Shown here: positions 9,578 through 19,158 of the stretch, one piece after another
How positions within the stretch are numbered: position 1 is the first letter of the stretch
How the letters are laid out: each line of letters starts with the position of its first letter
IMG/VR virus record: IMGVR_UViG_3300043172_000590
Span: 13,827-77,826 of that record
From: a virus
Length of the DNA: 64,000 nucleotides
Strand: one strand, 5' to 3'
The notes under the pieces: model-generated
Databases searched by the model: none
The model's input: only the letters and a program-made list of their open reading frames with translations
What the model was told of the DNA's origin: nothing
Made by a program: the position numbers and the translations under genes

Positions 9578-10063
9578 ATGCTAGTTAATTTAACACCAAT
9601 AACAGAAGAAATAGAAAGGTGTAAGAGAATAGCAAAAGAGAATGAATTTGAATATGTGTCACAGTCTGACCCTAAATGGTTACAAGAGACTGGCATTTAC
9701 CAATGTGCTTTTGCTTATAACTTTTCTGAGAATGAATTTGAGGAAACGAAAAAGCTTAATTGGGATGATAGGTATAAGATTTTCCCTGATTCCAGCAAGG
9801 GCACTTTTGGAGTTGCTGATAATATAGACCAGATAAAAAGGTACTACAAAGAAGAGGTCGAGGATGAGACCGAGAGATACGCTATATGCGTAACGCCAGT
9901 GTGGCAGGATAAGGAAAACAAGGGCAACGGTGGCGGATGGAGATGGCATAAGTGGGGCGAATATATTGGAGAGTTAAATCCTCAATGGGAATATCTGGAT
10001 GACGAAGATTTTGGAGAAGACTTTGAGTGCGTACTTGTATTTGGCATATTCAAAGTAAAGTAA
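9578..10063 (+). CDS. conserved phage protein (GWRWHKWGEYIG motif)
   Basis: 161 aa; motif recurrent in phage proteins of unknown function. Confidence 0.7.
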   Translation: MLVNLTPITEEIERCKRIAKENEFEYVSQSDPKWLQETGIYQCAFAYNFSENEFEETKKLNWDDRYKIFPDSSKGTFGVADNIDQIKRYYKEEVEDETERYAICVTPVWQDKENKGNGGGWRWHKWGEYIGELNPQWEYLDDEDFGEDFECVLVFGIFKVK

Positions 10064-10116
10064 ATATTGGCAGGAATAATCTCGATAAAAAGCACACTAA
10101 TCCTAATACTAAACAG

Positions 10117-10407
10117 ATGAAAAAGAAGGAACAGCGAATCATGACAGTTACATACTGCGACTATTGCGGAGAGGAAATAGAAGGAAGTTATCATACATTA
10201 CATAAAGCAGATAAAACTAAACTCGATTTTTGCAACGAAATAAAGGAGGGAAACAAGCATAATTGTTTAGTTAATTTCCGGAAAGATCAAATGGCGAAGC
10301 CGTCTTGCGACTGCCTCCTTGGGGAGTGGTGTTCGAATTGCTATGAGTCCAAGAAGTCGATGCTAATGGGTGGCAGTGTTAATGCTTTAACGGAAAAGAA
10401 ATCATGA
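10117..10407 (+). CDS. Zn-finger-like hypothetical protein
   Basis: CDYCG...C and CxC..CxxC; likely start MKKKEQ at 10117. Confidence 0.55.
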   Translation: MKKKEQRIMTVTYCDYCGEEIEGSYHTLHKADKTKLDFCNEIKEGNKHNCLVNFRKDQMAKPSCDCLLGEWCSNCYESKKSMLMGGSVNALTEKKS

Positions 10408-10471
10408 ACAACAAATTCACAAAAAGGCTAACTGCATACTTAGATAGTGAACAATAATATATAACTAACCA

Positions 10472-11065
10472 ATGGATAGAAAAGCTTATAAAATGATAGC
10501 TGAGCTTAGATACCAGCTACCCCCAATAAAAGAGACGCCTATCGGACAGAAATTTCACATCAATGAGATAGTTAGGATAATCGACATACAGGGCCATCCG
10601 TGTAGGATAGGGAGAGAGGGCAAGACAGCTAGGATACAGTACTCGTACAGCCAAAAATATAGTGGCGATGATGTTAAGTCGTATTCTTTAGAACATCTAT
10701 GGGAAAAGAATTCGTCTGCGTGGTGGGATGAAGAGCAGCTGGAATTAGTTAAGGGGATTGACGAGATTAATGACGAGATTGATTTGATTGAATACGAGAG
10801 ACTAAAAGTTAAATATAAAACAAACGCTATGGGAACAATAAGCAATCCAACTTTCGACAACAAAGAGCGACGCAGATACTACGGTTTAAGGGTCGGGGAT
10901 ACAGTTAGGGTTAAAGATCCGGGTGGTCGAACATGGGGCACCAGGGAGGTTTTAGAATTATGTGCAGGAGACAACAACCGAGTTGTCATAACTTCAGAAA
11001 AAGGAAATCCTATCGAATGGGTCGCCGAGTGGTGTGAAATCATAACTAAAATCGAGGATAAATAG
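10472..11065 (+). CDS. hypothetical protein, two SH3/KOW-like halves
   Basis: FHINEIVRI and LRVGDTVRV segments. Confidence 0.6.
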   Translation: MDRKAYKMIAELRYQLPPIKETPIGQKFHINEIVRIIDIQGHPCRIGREGKTARIQYSYSQKYSGDDVKSYSLEHLWEKNSSAWWDEEQLELVKGIDEINDEIDLIEYERLKVKYKTNAMGTISNPTFDNKERRRYYGLRVGDTVRVKDPGGRTWGTREVLELCAGDNNRVVITSEKGNPIEWVAEWCEIITKIEDK

Positions 11066-11073
11066 TATTAGGC

Positions 11074-11535
11074 ATGGAGATTCAATTCGGAAAAGGAAAG
11101 ACAAAATACGGACCAGGCGTACAAATAGATTTAACTGGCGACGAAGTTGCAATAGCTATTAGTGCCTATTTGGTTGCACATGGAGCTCATATTAGTGGGG
11201 CAAGGACGATAAGGGTAAACGGCGAACTCTGCGAGAGTGGGAGTATCTACGTAGATCCTGATGGCTTCCTAATAAAGGATGGCGAAAAGTATTCTGGAAG
11301 AGGACCAAGTAATACTATGACAAAAGAGGAGTTTGCCCCCAAATTCAAAAAGCTTTGTCGCCAATTATCTGAAAGACAGGTTGCCGTAGAGTTCAAGAAA
11401 AAGCCTGACAAATATTATCAAGAGAAAAGAAACGAATTTATAAGCTTGATAGACAGGGCTGTTGCGTCTGGGTGGTTTGTTATACCTCCATCGAATACGA
11501 GAGTGTATAAAATATATCACGACAAATGGAATTAA
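11074..11535 (+). CDS. hypothetical protein
   Basis: 153 aa; YGPGV.I.LTGDEVA.AI motif. Confidence 0.65.
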   Translation: MEIQFGKGKTKYGPGVQIDLTGDEVAIAISAYLVAHGAHISGARTIRVNGELCESGSIYVDPDGFLIKDGEKYSGRGPSNTMTKEEFAPKFKKLCRQLSERQVAVEFKKKPDKYYQEKRNEFISLIDRAVASGWFVIPPSNTRVYKIYHDKWN

Positions 11536-11559
11536 AGACACTTAATAAATCTTAGAAAT

Positions 11560-11943
11560 ATGAAGCAGGAATTTGAAATGACACAGGAGGAAATGGACGA
11601 TATTATCGCCATCAACAAAAGTCGAATGCCAGTAATGAAAATTGGTAACGTAACCACTGGAATGGACTTGCAGGAACGTATTAACGGATATTGGAAAGGC
11701 TTATCTGACAAATACGGATTCAAACAAATGACAGTTGAGGGTAGCAGTAGGGGAAAACTCTTCTTCTTGGCAGAACCAAAGCCAATTGTTAAGCCTAAGA
11801 CACGAGAAGAGATTGAAATGGATAAATACGACACTCTTCAAAAAATAGTTGACCAACTTGAAATGAGTGATTACGAGTGCGAAGGAGGATATTTAAAAAT
11901 GAATGTAGCATTTATGAAATTGAAGCAAATGGCTAAAGCCTAA
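11560..11943 (+). CDS. hypothetical protein
   Basis: 127-aa ORF, stop overlaps the next start. Confidence 0.65.
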   Translation: MKQEFEMTQEEMDDIIAINKSRMPVMKIGNVTTGMDLQERINGYWKGLSDKYGFKQMTVEGSSRGKLFFLAEPKPIVKPKTREEIEMDKYDTLQKIVDQLEMSDYECEGGYLKMNVAFMKLKQMAKA

Positions 11944-12176
11944 TGAAAAGCACAATAACAATAACACCCATGTCCAATATAGAGAATACGAGGACACTCA
12001 TAGACCACAAGGCGGTCACAACAGAAACTTGGGACAGCTTCATGGATGTGTTCGAGCTTAGAAATGTCCGTACCGATAAAAGACGAAGGACTAATCTAAT
12101 GGATATCTCGCTGTATGATGACGTAATTGTACGTGCAGGGATAGAGTATAAGGTTTTAGGAATGATGACTAAATAA
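11943..12176 (+). CDS. hypothetical protein
   Basis: TAATG translational coupling. Confidence 0.6.
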   Translation: MKSTITITPMSNIENTRTLIDHKAVTTETWDSFMDVFELRNVRTDKRRRTNLMDISLYDDVIVRAGIEYKVLGMMTK

Positions 12177-12194
12177 CTATTTAAAGTTTGCACT

Positions 12195-12404
12195 ATGAGA
12201 CCACAAGATTTAAAACTAGCACAATTAAAGGCCATCCCATTAGAGGAGTATGACGGCATTGGATATCACAATAAGACAAACTATGCGATCTGCGATGATG
12301 ATGTTATCCCAGAAATAGAGTGTGAGGATATCACATGTGATGAATGCTGTTTGAGTTGCTGTGTAGATATTGAGGCTAGGATTAAAGAATTAGAAACCAA
12401 GTAA
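12195..12404 (+). CDS. small Cys-rich hypothetical protein
   Basis: 69 aa, multiple Cys. Confidence 0.55.
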   Translation: MRPQDLKLAQLKAIPLEEYDGIGYHNKTNYAICDDDVIPEIECEDITCDECCLSCCVDIEARIKELETK

Positions 12405-12540
12405 TGATATGCCAAATAGACCTAAAAACCCCAAAGAAGCCGCAAAACATCGCCGCATTTTGATTATCTTCATCATCTATGTGGTAATATATACTTTGAC
12501 GGCGATAAGCTATTTAAACGCAAATTACAAGTTTTGATAT

Positions 12541-12816
12541 ATGACGTACAAAAAACTACCGGCAGATAAGGACCGGCGAAGAAAATTGACCGAACAGGCC
12601 CGTGAAGAGATTCAGCAAAGACATATCAATGGTGAGTCTATGAATTCATTGAGCAAACTGTTCAATGTATCGAGGGCTACAATTGGCAATGTACTGCATC
12701 CAGAGAGGACAAAGAACCGCAATCCGCAGGCAGGATACGGCAAGGAGGAGGCCTCAGAGAGCAGGAAAAAGACAATTGAGTATCGGAGGGAAGTATTTTA
12801 TAATGCTTCTAAATAG
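12541..12816 (+). CDS. helix-turn-helix DNA-binding protein
   Basis: KLT....EI......GESMNSLSKLFNVSRATIGNV. Confidence 0.75.
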   Translation: MTYKKLPADKDRRRKLTEQAREEIQQRHINGESMNSLSKLFNVSRATIGNVLHPERTKNRNPQAGYGKEEASESRKKTIEYRREVFYNASK

Positions 12817-12892
12817 TCATACATTTAGGAAAAGACACAATATATCAATATCTTGCAGTTCAATTAATGTTTAACTAAAACGCAGCAAAAAG

Positions 12893-13342
12893 ATGAGAAA
12901 TTTACTTTTTATTCTTTTGGTGTCCATAATCTCTTCGATGCTTTATAGCTCCCAAGCTGTAGCATTCTTTTGTCCGGACACCGAGCGCATTTACAATCAG
13001 GTTCATGCGCCACCGTCAGTAATCGTAGTTGAAGAAACTATAGTAGCTGATATTTTTATTGTAGAAGCAATCCCGGTTCTCGAAATCATATCCTTGAAGT
13101 CGTATAACGATGGTTACGGCATGGTGTTAAGGATAGATGCATTTATAGGTAGAAATGAAATCACTAAACGTAGTTGCAGCGAGTCCAATACAAGGTCAGT
13201 TGAAAATGACAAATTGAATGGCTACAGCGCAATGCCAGACGAAACCTTTGATATAAGTAAAGAAACCTTTACGAAATCAAGCCCGGATCTCTTGACTCTA
13301 TATGGGACAATAGGTTATACTATGGCCGTCACTGTGGTATAA
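12893..13342 (+). CDS. hypothetical exported/membrane protein
   Basis: MRNLLFILLVSII signal-like N-terminus; last gene before the convergent terminator. Confidence 0.5.
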   Translation: MRNLLFILLVSIISSMLYSSQAVAFFCPDTERIYNQVHAPPSVIVVEETIVADIFIVEAIPVLEIISLKSYNDGYGMVLRIDAFIGRNEITKRSCSESNTRSVENDKLNGYSAMPDETFDISKETFTKSSPDLLTLYGTIGYTMAVTVV

Positions 13343-13368
13343 TCTTTAATAATACGAATTTTATTCAT

Positions 13369-13401
13369 AAAAGGGACTCAGATAAATGGGTCCCTTTTTT
13401 T
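13369..13401. terminator. bidirectional intrinsic terminator at the convergence of early and late units
   Basis: AAAAGGGACTCA-GATAAA-TGGGTCCCTTTTTT. Confidence 0.8.
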
Positions 13402-13458
13402 AGTGCATGTGTGTAGCCCAGGGATGGACTAGTGGGAATATATTTATTGTACTATTTA

Positions 13459-13887
13459 TTAGAGTGGTAAATCATTTTCACTATCATTTTCTTCTGTAAT
13501 TTCAGACATTGACTGATCTCTTATTTCATCCTCGTCTTCCTCACTCATTACCCTCACCTTTCGTCCTTCAAGGATTTCTACTCTGTGCCACGACTCTACA
13601 TGAGTGGCAACAAACCATGTCTTAGAACCATCCTTTTTTATGAAATATCTTCTTTTTACTGCACCTTCTATCAGTAGATGTGTACCGGGTGTTATATATT
13701 TTTCTATAAGGTTCTTTGCCCTACTTCCCCATACCGCAATCTCAACCCATTCCGTAGCCTTACTCCTACCGTCCGTGGTTGCTATCTGAAACTTAGCGAT
13801 AGTATTAGCCTTTATTTTCCCTCTCTTCTTTATATCTATTATAGATATGTGCCTGCCAACGAATCCAGTAACTATGTGCCTATTCAT
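13459..13887 (-). CDS. ssb: single-stranded DNA-binding protein
   Basis: N...V.GFVG, TEWVEIAVWG, G..LLIEG, acidic tail ending DLPL. Confidence 0.85.
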   Translation of the reverse strand: MNRHIVTGFVGRHISIIDIKKRGKIKANTIAKFQIATTDGRSKATEWVEIAVWGSRAKNLIEKYITPGTHLLIEGAVKRRYFIKKDGSKTWFVATHVESWHRVEILEGRKVRVMSEEDEDEIRDQSMSEITEENDSENDLPL

Positions 13888-13897
13888 ATGCTATATT

Positions 13898-14809
13898 TTA
13901 TGTAACATCTTGAGATAAACTTAGAGTACACGGAGTATTTCCGCTCGTAGAATTTATCGTTAACGTAGCTGTCAATGTCGTTCCTGTGGCACCTGTAGTG
14001 TCTGTATCTATAGTTATGACTTCATTCGATTGCCCCGCTATAGTAAAAGGTGTGCCAGGGGAAACGATACTAAATTTAGCAGCGTCAGGACCTGTCAGGA
14101 TCAGTGAATTTACATCAAGTGGCACAAATCCTATGTTTTCTATTTTAAAATCCCTCGTCCCTGGGGCAGGATCTGCCGTTGATGGGATGACATAAGGATC
14201 TCCGCAATCTAATACGCCGTCAATTTCTGTTTTTAATTCTAATGCAAAAGAGACAGTCTGAATCAACGTAAAATTACATGCCGGATTTTCAGAACTATCA
14301 GAATTTACAGTTATATCGGCAAGCCATAAAGAGAAAGCATCCCCCATGTTACTGTTTGTAGAAAATTGTATTCTCTGTTCTCCTCCTGGAAGTATCGTAA
14401 ATGGAGTTGCAGGGGTCGGAGGAGTTAAATTGAACTTGGATGCATCGGCTCCGGATATTACAAGAGAAGATACTGCTAAATCTTTACCTCCGGAATTAAG
14501 AATATAGAATGCATTTCCTCCATTGTTACCTTCTGTCAAGTCAGTGAATAATATCATATATACACCACATTCTATAGGGTCTCTAAGTGACGATTCAAAT
14601 TCTGCGATGGATTCAGTCAATGACTTTATTTCATCCACCAACACTTGTATCTCGTCCAGTGTTGTGTTTATTGAATCTAAATCTGATTCTATCTGGACAT
14701 AATCCGAATCAATCTTGCCCAGTTCTGTGTTGATATCTACATATAAACCATTTAATGTTTTACAACATTTTTTCCAAGCTACTATTAATTCTTGTTGGCT
14801 GCTGCTCAT
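13898..14809 (-). CDS. virion fibre/decoration protein: CC coiled-coil plus two ASH/choice-of-anchor-D-like Ig domains
   Basis: two repeats of F.I.N.G...L.V.SL...G.DA.KF....P.TPFTI...T.NS. Confidence 0.7.
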   Translation of the reverse strand: MSSSQQELIVAWKKCCKTLNGLYVDINTELGKIDSDYVQIESDLDSINTTLDEIQVLVDEIKSLTESIAEFESSLRDPIECGVYMILFTDLTEGNNGGNAFYILNSGGKDLAVSSLVISGADASKFNLTPPTPATPFTILPGGEQRIQFSTNSNMGDAFSLWLADITVNSDSSENPACNFTLIQTVSFALELKTEIDGVLDCGDPYVIPSTADPAPGTRDFKIENIGFVPLDVNSLILTGPDAAKFSIVSPGTPFTIAGQSNEVITIDTDTTGATGTTLTATLTINSTSGNTPCTLSLSQDVT

Positions 14810-14994
14810 GACAAGTTGTCTCTTATTTGTTCAAAAGATTCTTTTGCAGTTGTGACTTTATCGTCTAAATCACCCATTTTTATCACGGATGAGGCGGTTG
14901 AGGTAGATATGTTTTCGAATGACGCCTTTATCGCCTCAAGGTTTGCCTGCTGGCTGGCACAGCACTGTTCTATTGCATCTATTATTTGTCCCAT
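14806..14994 (-). CDS. small coiled-coil protein sharing the CC module
   Basis: 62 aa; ATGA overlap with the next gene; aligns with the N-termini of both neighbours. Confidence 0.7.
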   Translation of the reverse strand: MGQIIDAIEQCCASQQANLEAIKASFENISTSTASSVIKMGDLDDKVTTAKESFEQIRDNLS

Positions 14995-15022
14995 CCTACA
15001 TCGGGTTAAGGGTTTTTATAGT

Positions 15023-15994
15023 TTAAGGGTAATCGAAAAATATTGTCTCAGATTCGTAATCAGTCAAAGCCCCTACATTGCTATATGTTTGGATCTCGTA
15101 AGATGTAGGAGATATTCTCTCCACCGCAGCCCACCCCATAAGGGTAATACCATCATCCCTGACAATGGTGCTGCCAATTCCAAATATAGTTGTAGGTGCC
15201 GTAAATGATAATGTGTATTTCCCTGTGTCTGGGTGTCCAAAAGAAAATCCAGAGAATCCTCCTTTTGTCGTCGCAACTCCTGCTTCTGTAAATCTAACAA
15301 CAAATATGCGAGGCTGTTGGCTCCCGTCTACTCTAAATTCCCCTGAGACATCCACGTTTGTAAATTGAGGGGTGTCCGCCGTTTTTAGTCCTGTTATTTG
15401 CTCTTTTGTGTAGTCTCCTACCTCTGCAGTCACTACGCCATCCCTGCTAAAAACTGATGTTACTGGCGTCGCTGGCTGGTTTGCAAGTTTTGTTCTTTCT
15501 GTATCAAGAAATATTTTAGTAGTTGCGCCCTCTACCATGTTATCCATGGCGAAAGCGTCCCCCGCAACAAGAGTAGGATCGTAAACTGACTTTAGCATAA
15601 GCACTGACAAGTCTTGGTCTCCTGTATTTGTGCCGCTCTGGTTGCCTACCGTTGTTCTTTCTGCATCGGTCAGTATCTTAGTGTTTGCCCCTTCTGCCAT
15701 ATTGTCCATGGCAAAGGCATCTCCTTCTACCAACGTTGGATCATATACAGGCTTCTGCATTGGGTCTGTGCCCCCGGTATTTGTTTCTATCTGATCAAGA
15801 GTAGCCTGTATGGCATCCATTTTAGACAGCGTACTGGTCAACTTAGCGTCAATGCTCGTGGTGTTACCATCAATAGATTCTGTGGCAGTTTTTATGTCTG
15901 ACAGATTACCGTTGGTCGTAACACAACAACTCTTTATCTCAATAATTATTTTATTGGATTGTTCGGTTCCAAAAGGATCGCTTTTATCTGCCAT
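15023..15994 (-). CDS. fibre protein with CC coiled-coil N-terminus
   Basis: internal 36-aa duplication; VTSVFSRDGVV.AEVGDY fibre motif. Confidence 0.7.
   Translation of the reverse strand: MADKSDPFGTEQSNKIIIEIKSCCVTTNGNLSDIKTATESIDGNTTSIDAKLTSTLSKMDAIQATLDQIETNTGGTDPMQKPVYDPTLVEGDAFAMDNMAEGANTKILTDAERTTVGNQSGTNTGDQDLSVLMLKSVYDPTLVAGDAFAMDNMVEGATTKIFLDTERTKLANQPATPVTSVFSRDGVVTAEVGDYTKEQITGLKTADTPQFTNVDVSGEFRVDGSQQPRIFVVRFTEAGVATTKGGFSGFSFGHPDTGKYTLSFTAPTTIFGIGSTIVRDDGITLMGWAAVERISPTSYEIQTYSNVGALTDYESETIFFDYP
15491..15760 (-). repeat. in-frame direct repeat (2 x 108 bp, period 162 bp)
   Basis: MQKPVYDPTLVEGDAFAMDNMAEGANTKILTDAERT vs MLKSVYDPTLVAGDAFAMDNMVEGATTKIFLDTERT. Confidence 0.9.
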
Positions 15995-15996
15995 AG

Positions 15997-16242
15997 CTAT
16001 ATTGATTTAATATTTTTTATATAAATAATAGCCTCATGTACCTGATTTAATAAATGATCTATCAAGCCTCCATTAGTTTCTAAATCGACACCCAACTCAA
16101 TAACTTCATTAAGGAACATCTCTGCCATATATCTTACAGACAGTATCTTGTCGGCACAGTTTTTATTTGCCTTTTTGAGTATATTTAGCTCAAGTATAGT
16201 ACATTCGACCAATCCGACTTGTAATTCATCTATTATACTCAT
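15997..16242 (-). CDS. hypothetical (probable virion) protein
   Basis: coupled ORF in the late operon. Confidence 0.6.
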   Translation of the reverse strand: MSIIDELQVGLVECTILELNILKKANKNCADKILSVRYMAEMFLNEVIELGVDLETNGGLIDHLLNQVHEAIIYIKNIKSI

Positions 16243-16817
16243 GGCAATGGCTGTTCAGTTAATTCGTTAACCGTTCCTGTCAATACGTACAATGCCGCAA
16301 GTATTGATATGTATTCCTCTTCAAGAAATTGGTCCGCGGCAAATGCGAGTTCTGTTTTTAAGCTTAACTTTCTTGCAGACACAGAATTGCAATTACACGT
16401 ACATGATAATTCCTTTTTCCAGTCAACGGCTAATAACTGTTGTTGCACCGTGTTGGTTATCACTGCTCTGAATCCAGCGGTGAACTCGTCCTCTTCCGGA
16501 GTCCCAAGATAAGTATATTCTATCTTGGTGCGATAAACGTAGTCTCCGAAGAAATCCAACCCACTCACTTCCCCATCAGGAGGCAAGTCTGCAATATTTA
16601 CAGTAATGCCATCATCCAAAAGAAATTCCCAATCTGCGAGGATGTCAATTTGATATTCACTACCATCATAAGTATTTATCAGCGTCAATGTTGCAGCCGT
16701 CACGCTTCCACCAGATAAATCTATGCCTGCATCTGCATATTCTTGTTGCGTCGTGGTGTCCACAACTCTGAAGTTGTACTTATCAAGTTCAATTGTCTCA
16801 TGCTTTAATATAGACAT
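16239..16817 (-). CDS. probable virion/tail-associated protein
   Basis: 192 aa, CTCNC motif, late operon. Confidence 0.6.
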   Translation of the reverse strand: MSILKHETIELDKYNFRVVDTTTQQEYADAGIDLSGGSVTAATLTLINTYDGSEYQIDILADWEFLLDDGITVNIADLPPDGEVSGLDFFGDYVYRTKIEYTYLGTPEEDEFTAGFRAVITNTVQQQLLAVDWKKELSCTCNCNSVSARKLSLKTELAFAADQFLEEEYISILAALYVLTGTVNELTEQPLP

Positions 16818-16819
16818 AT

Positions 16820-17464
16820 CTACCTCCTTACTTTTTTATACTTGGTCACGGTTATTTCTCCACATCCGTTTGTTTCGGCAATAATTTTACCTTCCTTTCT
16901 TCCCAGTCTCGGGCCAACGCCCCACAATATTCTCCTTCTTTTGGTAAAGTCTATTATGACTGCCTCTGCTTTAAAACCCGGGTTTGTAACCTCCATTTCC
17001 ATACCGCCATCAAAAGTTATTTTGGCATCAAAAAACATGCAGCCATCATTGAAGGTGTATCCACCTACCACGACCATGCTACTATCCGGTTTAGGCGCTG
17101 TTTTTTCAACTACTTTTCCCGGGAGATACAAAGTGTCCATCCTTGGCTTTAAGACGTAATTTTGAGCAGATTTGTACTTTATGATTAAGTGTTCTGCGGC
17201 ATTAAGTTGTTGATCCTTGATATTATACTTCTTTTGGATGCTGTCAACAATGGACAGATGTTTGTCGTCTGACTCTTTTTTGAGTCTCCTCAATTCTTTG
17301 GTCGTGAGCAGTGCTATCCGAACACTGTCACTTGAATGCTTATAGTTGTCTGTCATCCGGATTCTGGACTTACGTTCAGTGTTCCACATCTTAGACATTA
17401 TTCCGCCGCCAATACCAAGGGCTACAATTAGCAATATTAATATTGTTTTAGGACTTAGCTTCAT
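16820..17464 (-). CDS. putative inner-membrane spanin (Rz-like)
   Basis: N-terminal TM helix plus coiled coil, downstream of holin and endolysin. Confidence 0.55.
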   Translation of the reverse strand: MKLSPKTILILLIVALGIGGGIMSKMWNTERKSRIRMTDNYKHSSDSVRIALLTTKELRRLKKESDDKHLSIVDSIQKKYNIKDQQLNAAEHLIIKYKSAQNYVLKPRMDTLYLPGKVVEKTAPKPDSSMVVVGGYTFNDGCMFFDAKITFDGGMEMEVTNPGFKAEAVIIDFTKRRRILWGVGPRLGRKEGKIIAETNGCGEITVTKYKKVRR

Positions 17465-17768
17465 TTTCTATAATATTATTTGTTTCGTTTTTGAATCTTT
17501 TCATGCCCTTTCTCCATAGCCATAGTCCGGCGGCTCCCATAAACATCCAGAACAGCAGATTTACATCTACGCCGTAGATTACCCAGCTTATTTTGACGCC
17601 TGCCCAAATAAACCCCATTCCTATAAGAATATTGATTATTCCTGCTAATAGGTTCTTTTTAAAGAATATGGACGACTTATAGTCTATCCTGAACCATGCC
17701 GACTGTAGTTTTATTAAGGTCATTATGACGGCCCCTAATACCAATAATACATAAGGTAAAAATTCCAT
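17448..17768 (-). CDS. putative holin
   Basis: 106 aa, three TM helices, basic C-terminus, adjacent to endolysin. Confidence 0.6.
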   Translation of the reverse strand: MEFLPYVLLVLGAVIMTLIKLQSAWFRIDYKSSIFFKKNLLAGIINILIGMGFIWAGVKISWVIYGVDVNLLFWMFMGAAGLWLWRKGMKRFKNETNNIIENEAKS

Positions 17769-17770
17769 AA

Positions 17771-18340
17771 CTAAATATCTTTAAGTAAAATAAATCCTTT
17801 AAATTCGAGCGAGTCACGCCCATATATAGTATTGTTTTTTTCCAATGTTATCTTCCCTTCTCTCTCTCCCGCTAATGAGGTATTGCCTTCAACTGCTTTA
17901 AATTCATCGTAATCAGGTGTTGTCACCTCTGTAGCAATCCCTATATGCCCATGCCAAGCGTGCCCTTTTTTCTTCCAAAAACAAAGAGCTCCTTTTTGTG
18001 GGGTGTTTGAAAACTCCCATCCTTCCCTTTTGAACTTCGCCAAAGTCCCCATTGCAGAACCAGTAAATAGCCTATCTATTACTGAAACCATTGACGAATC
18101 GTATATAGAATATGATGTCTTCCAAACGAGCTCAGCCAAGTAGTCACACCATGCTTGCCCTTTTTTCCATCCTATCGTTTTAAACACCTCTTCTGATGAA
18201 GCAATTGACAGCCCATGGGATTTAACCAAGTTGAGGTACGGCTGCGGGAATCCATAGAATCCTGAGTTTCCCGGCTTCTCCATTAAATTGGTAAGACTTC
18301 GAGCCACTTCTACTACGATGTCATTAATTTTCATTGTCAA
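17771..18340 (-). CDS. endolysin, CHAP-domain amidase/peptidase
   Basis: AWC, GHIGI and VEGNT motifs. Confidence 0.85.
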   Translation of the reverse strand: MTMKINDIVVEVARSLTNLMEKPGNSGFYGFPQPYLNLVKSHGLSIASSEEVFKTIGWKKGQAWCDYLAELVWKTSYSIYDSSMVSVIDRLFTGSAMGTLAKFKREGWEFSNTPQKGALCFWKKKGHAWHGHIGIATEVTTPDYDEFKAVEGNTSLAGEREGKITLEKNNTIYGRDSLEFKGFILLKDI

Positions 18341-18385
18341 TATCGTCTCTTAATTTATCAAGATTTATCCTCATCTCCCCGGTCT

Positions 18386-18712
18386 TTATTCCTTTATTAA
18401 TTTTATATAATCCTTCAAGTCATCGAATCTATTATCTTGGGTTTTGCTGAATGCTTCAAATTTGTTGTCAAAATATTTTTCTAATCTCTCTATTTTGTCA
18501 TTCTCATTTTCGGCGTGCTTTCTTATTTCGTCATCCGTGTGCTTTATTGCTATATTATGTTTTGTGTCAACATATATAGTTGATGCCGCATTTTCTATTT
18601 TAGCCTCTTTATTTATGTACCCACTAGCCGTAATCGCTCCTGCAAAAGCAAACATTGCAGATATAAATGTCATTAATAAATATATTTTCCAGTTTTCCTT
18701 AAGATTGTCCAT
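18386..18712 (-). CDS. membrane-anchored coiled-coil protein (holin/antiholin-like)
   Basis: one TM helix plus coiled coil, upstream of endolysin. Confidence 0.55.
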   Translation of the reverse strand: MDNLKENWKIYLLMTFISAMFAFAGAITASGYINKEAKIENAASTIYVDTKHNIAIKHTDDEIRKHAENENDKIERLEKYFDNKFEAFSKTQDNRFDDLKDYIKLIKE

Positions 18713-19055
18713 TTTTATAATATTTTAAGCACAACCCCATAAACATAAATAATGTAACGCCCCCGAAAACATATTTAGATATTTCACTATTCGCACTCAG
18801 CATATAGTCCTCATATTTAAGATTTCTTAAACTAAATTCATACCAGGCCCTTCCTATCAATATTAATGAAGCAAGCGAATAAAACATTTTTGACAATTTA
18901 CTGCCTATTAACACATCGTCAAAGTCAATCAGCGCAATAGCCAAGAATATCGAAGTAAAATAAAATACACTCCACCCAGTACTACCAGATGGAGCTTTTG
19001 CGTCGAATAAGAAAAATGCAAATAATAGATATGATTTACCTATAAATTTAAACAT
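18699..19055 (-). CDS. multi-pass membrane protein of the lysis cassette
   Basis: ~4 hydrophobic segments. Confidence 0.6.
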   Translation of the reverse strand: MFKFIGKSYLLFAFFLFDAKAPSGSTGWSVFYFTSIFLAIALIDFDDVLIGSKLSKMFYSLASLILIGRAWYEFSLRNLKYEDYMLSANSEISKYVFGGVTLFMFMGLCLKYYKNGQS

Positions 19056-19158
19056 CTTCTTTATCTTCTTCTTTCTTTTCTTTCTTTTCTTTCTTTTGTT
19101 CTTCTGGAACTTCTACAGATCTTGTTTTGGGATCTGTAGGCTTTTCTGGATGTGGCAT
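19048..19158 (-). CDS. 36-aa charged micro-ORF (MPHPEKPTDPKTRSVEVPEEQKKEKKEKKEEDKEDV)
   Basis: translated by hand; stop overlaps the start of 18699-19055. Confidence 0.5.
   Translation of the reverse strand: MPHPEKPTDPKTRSVEVPEEQKKEKKEKKEEDKEDV

Noticed and set aside
15491-15760. DGR template/variable repeat pair
   Set aside because: Both copies are in-frame within one gene, differences are not confined to adenines, and no reverse transcriptase is in the window
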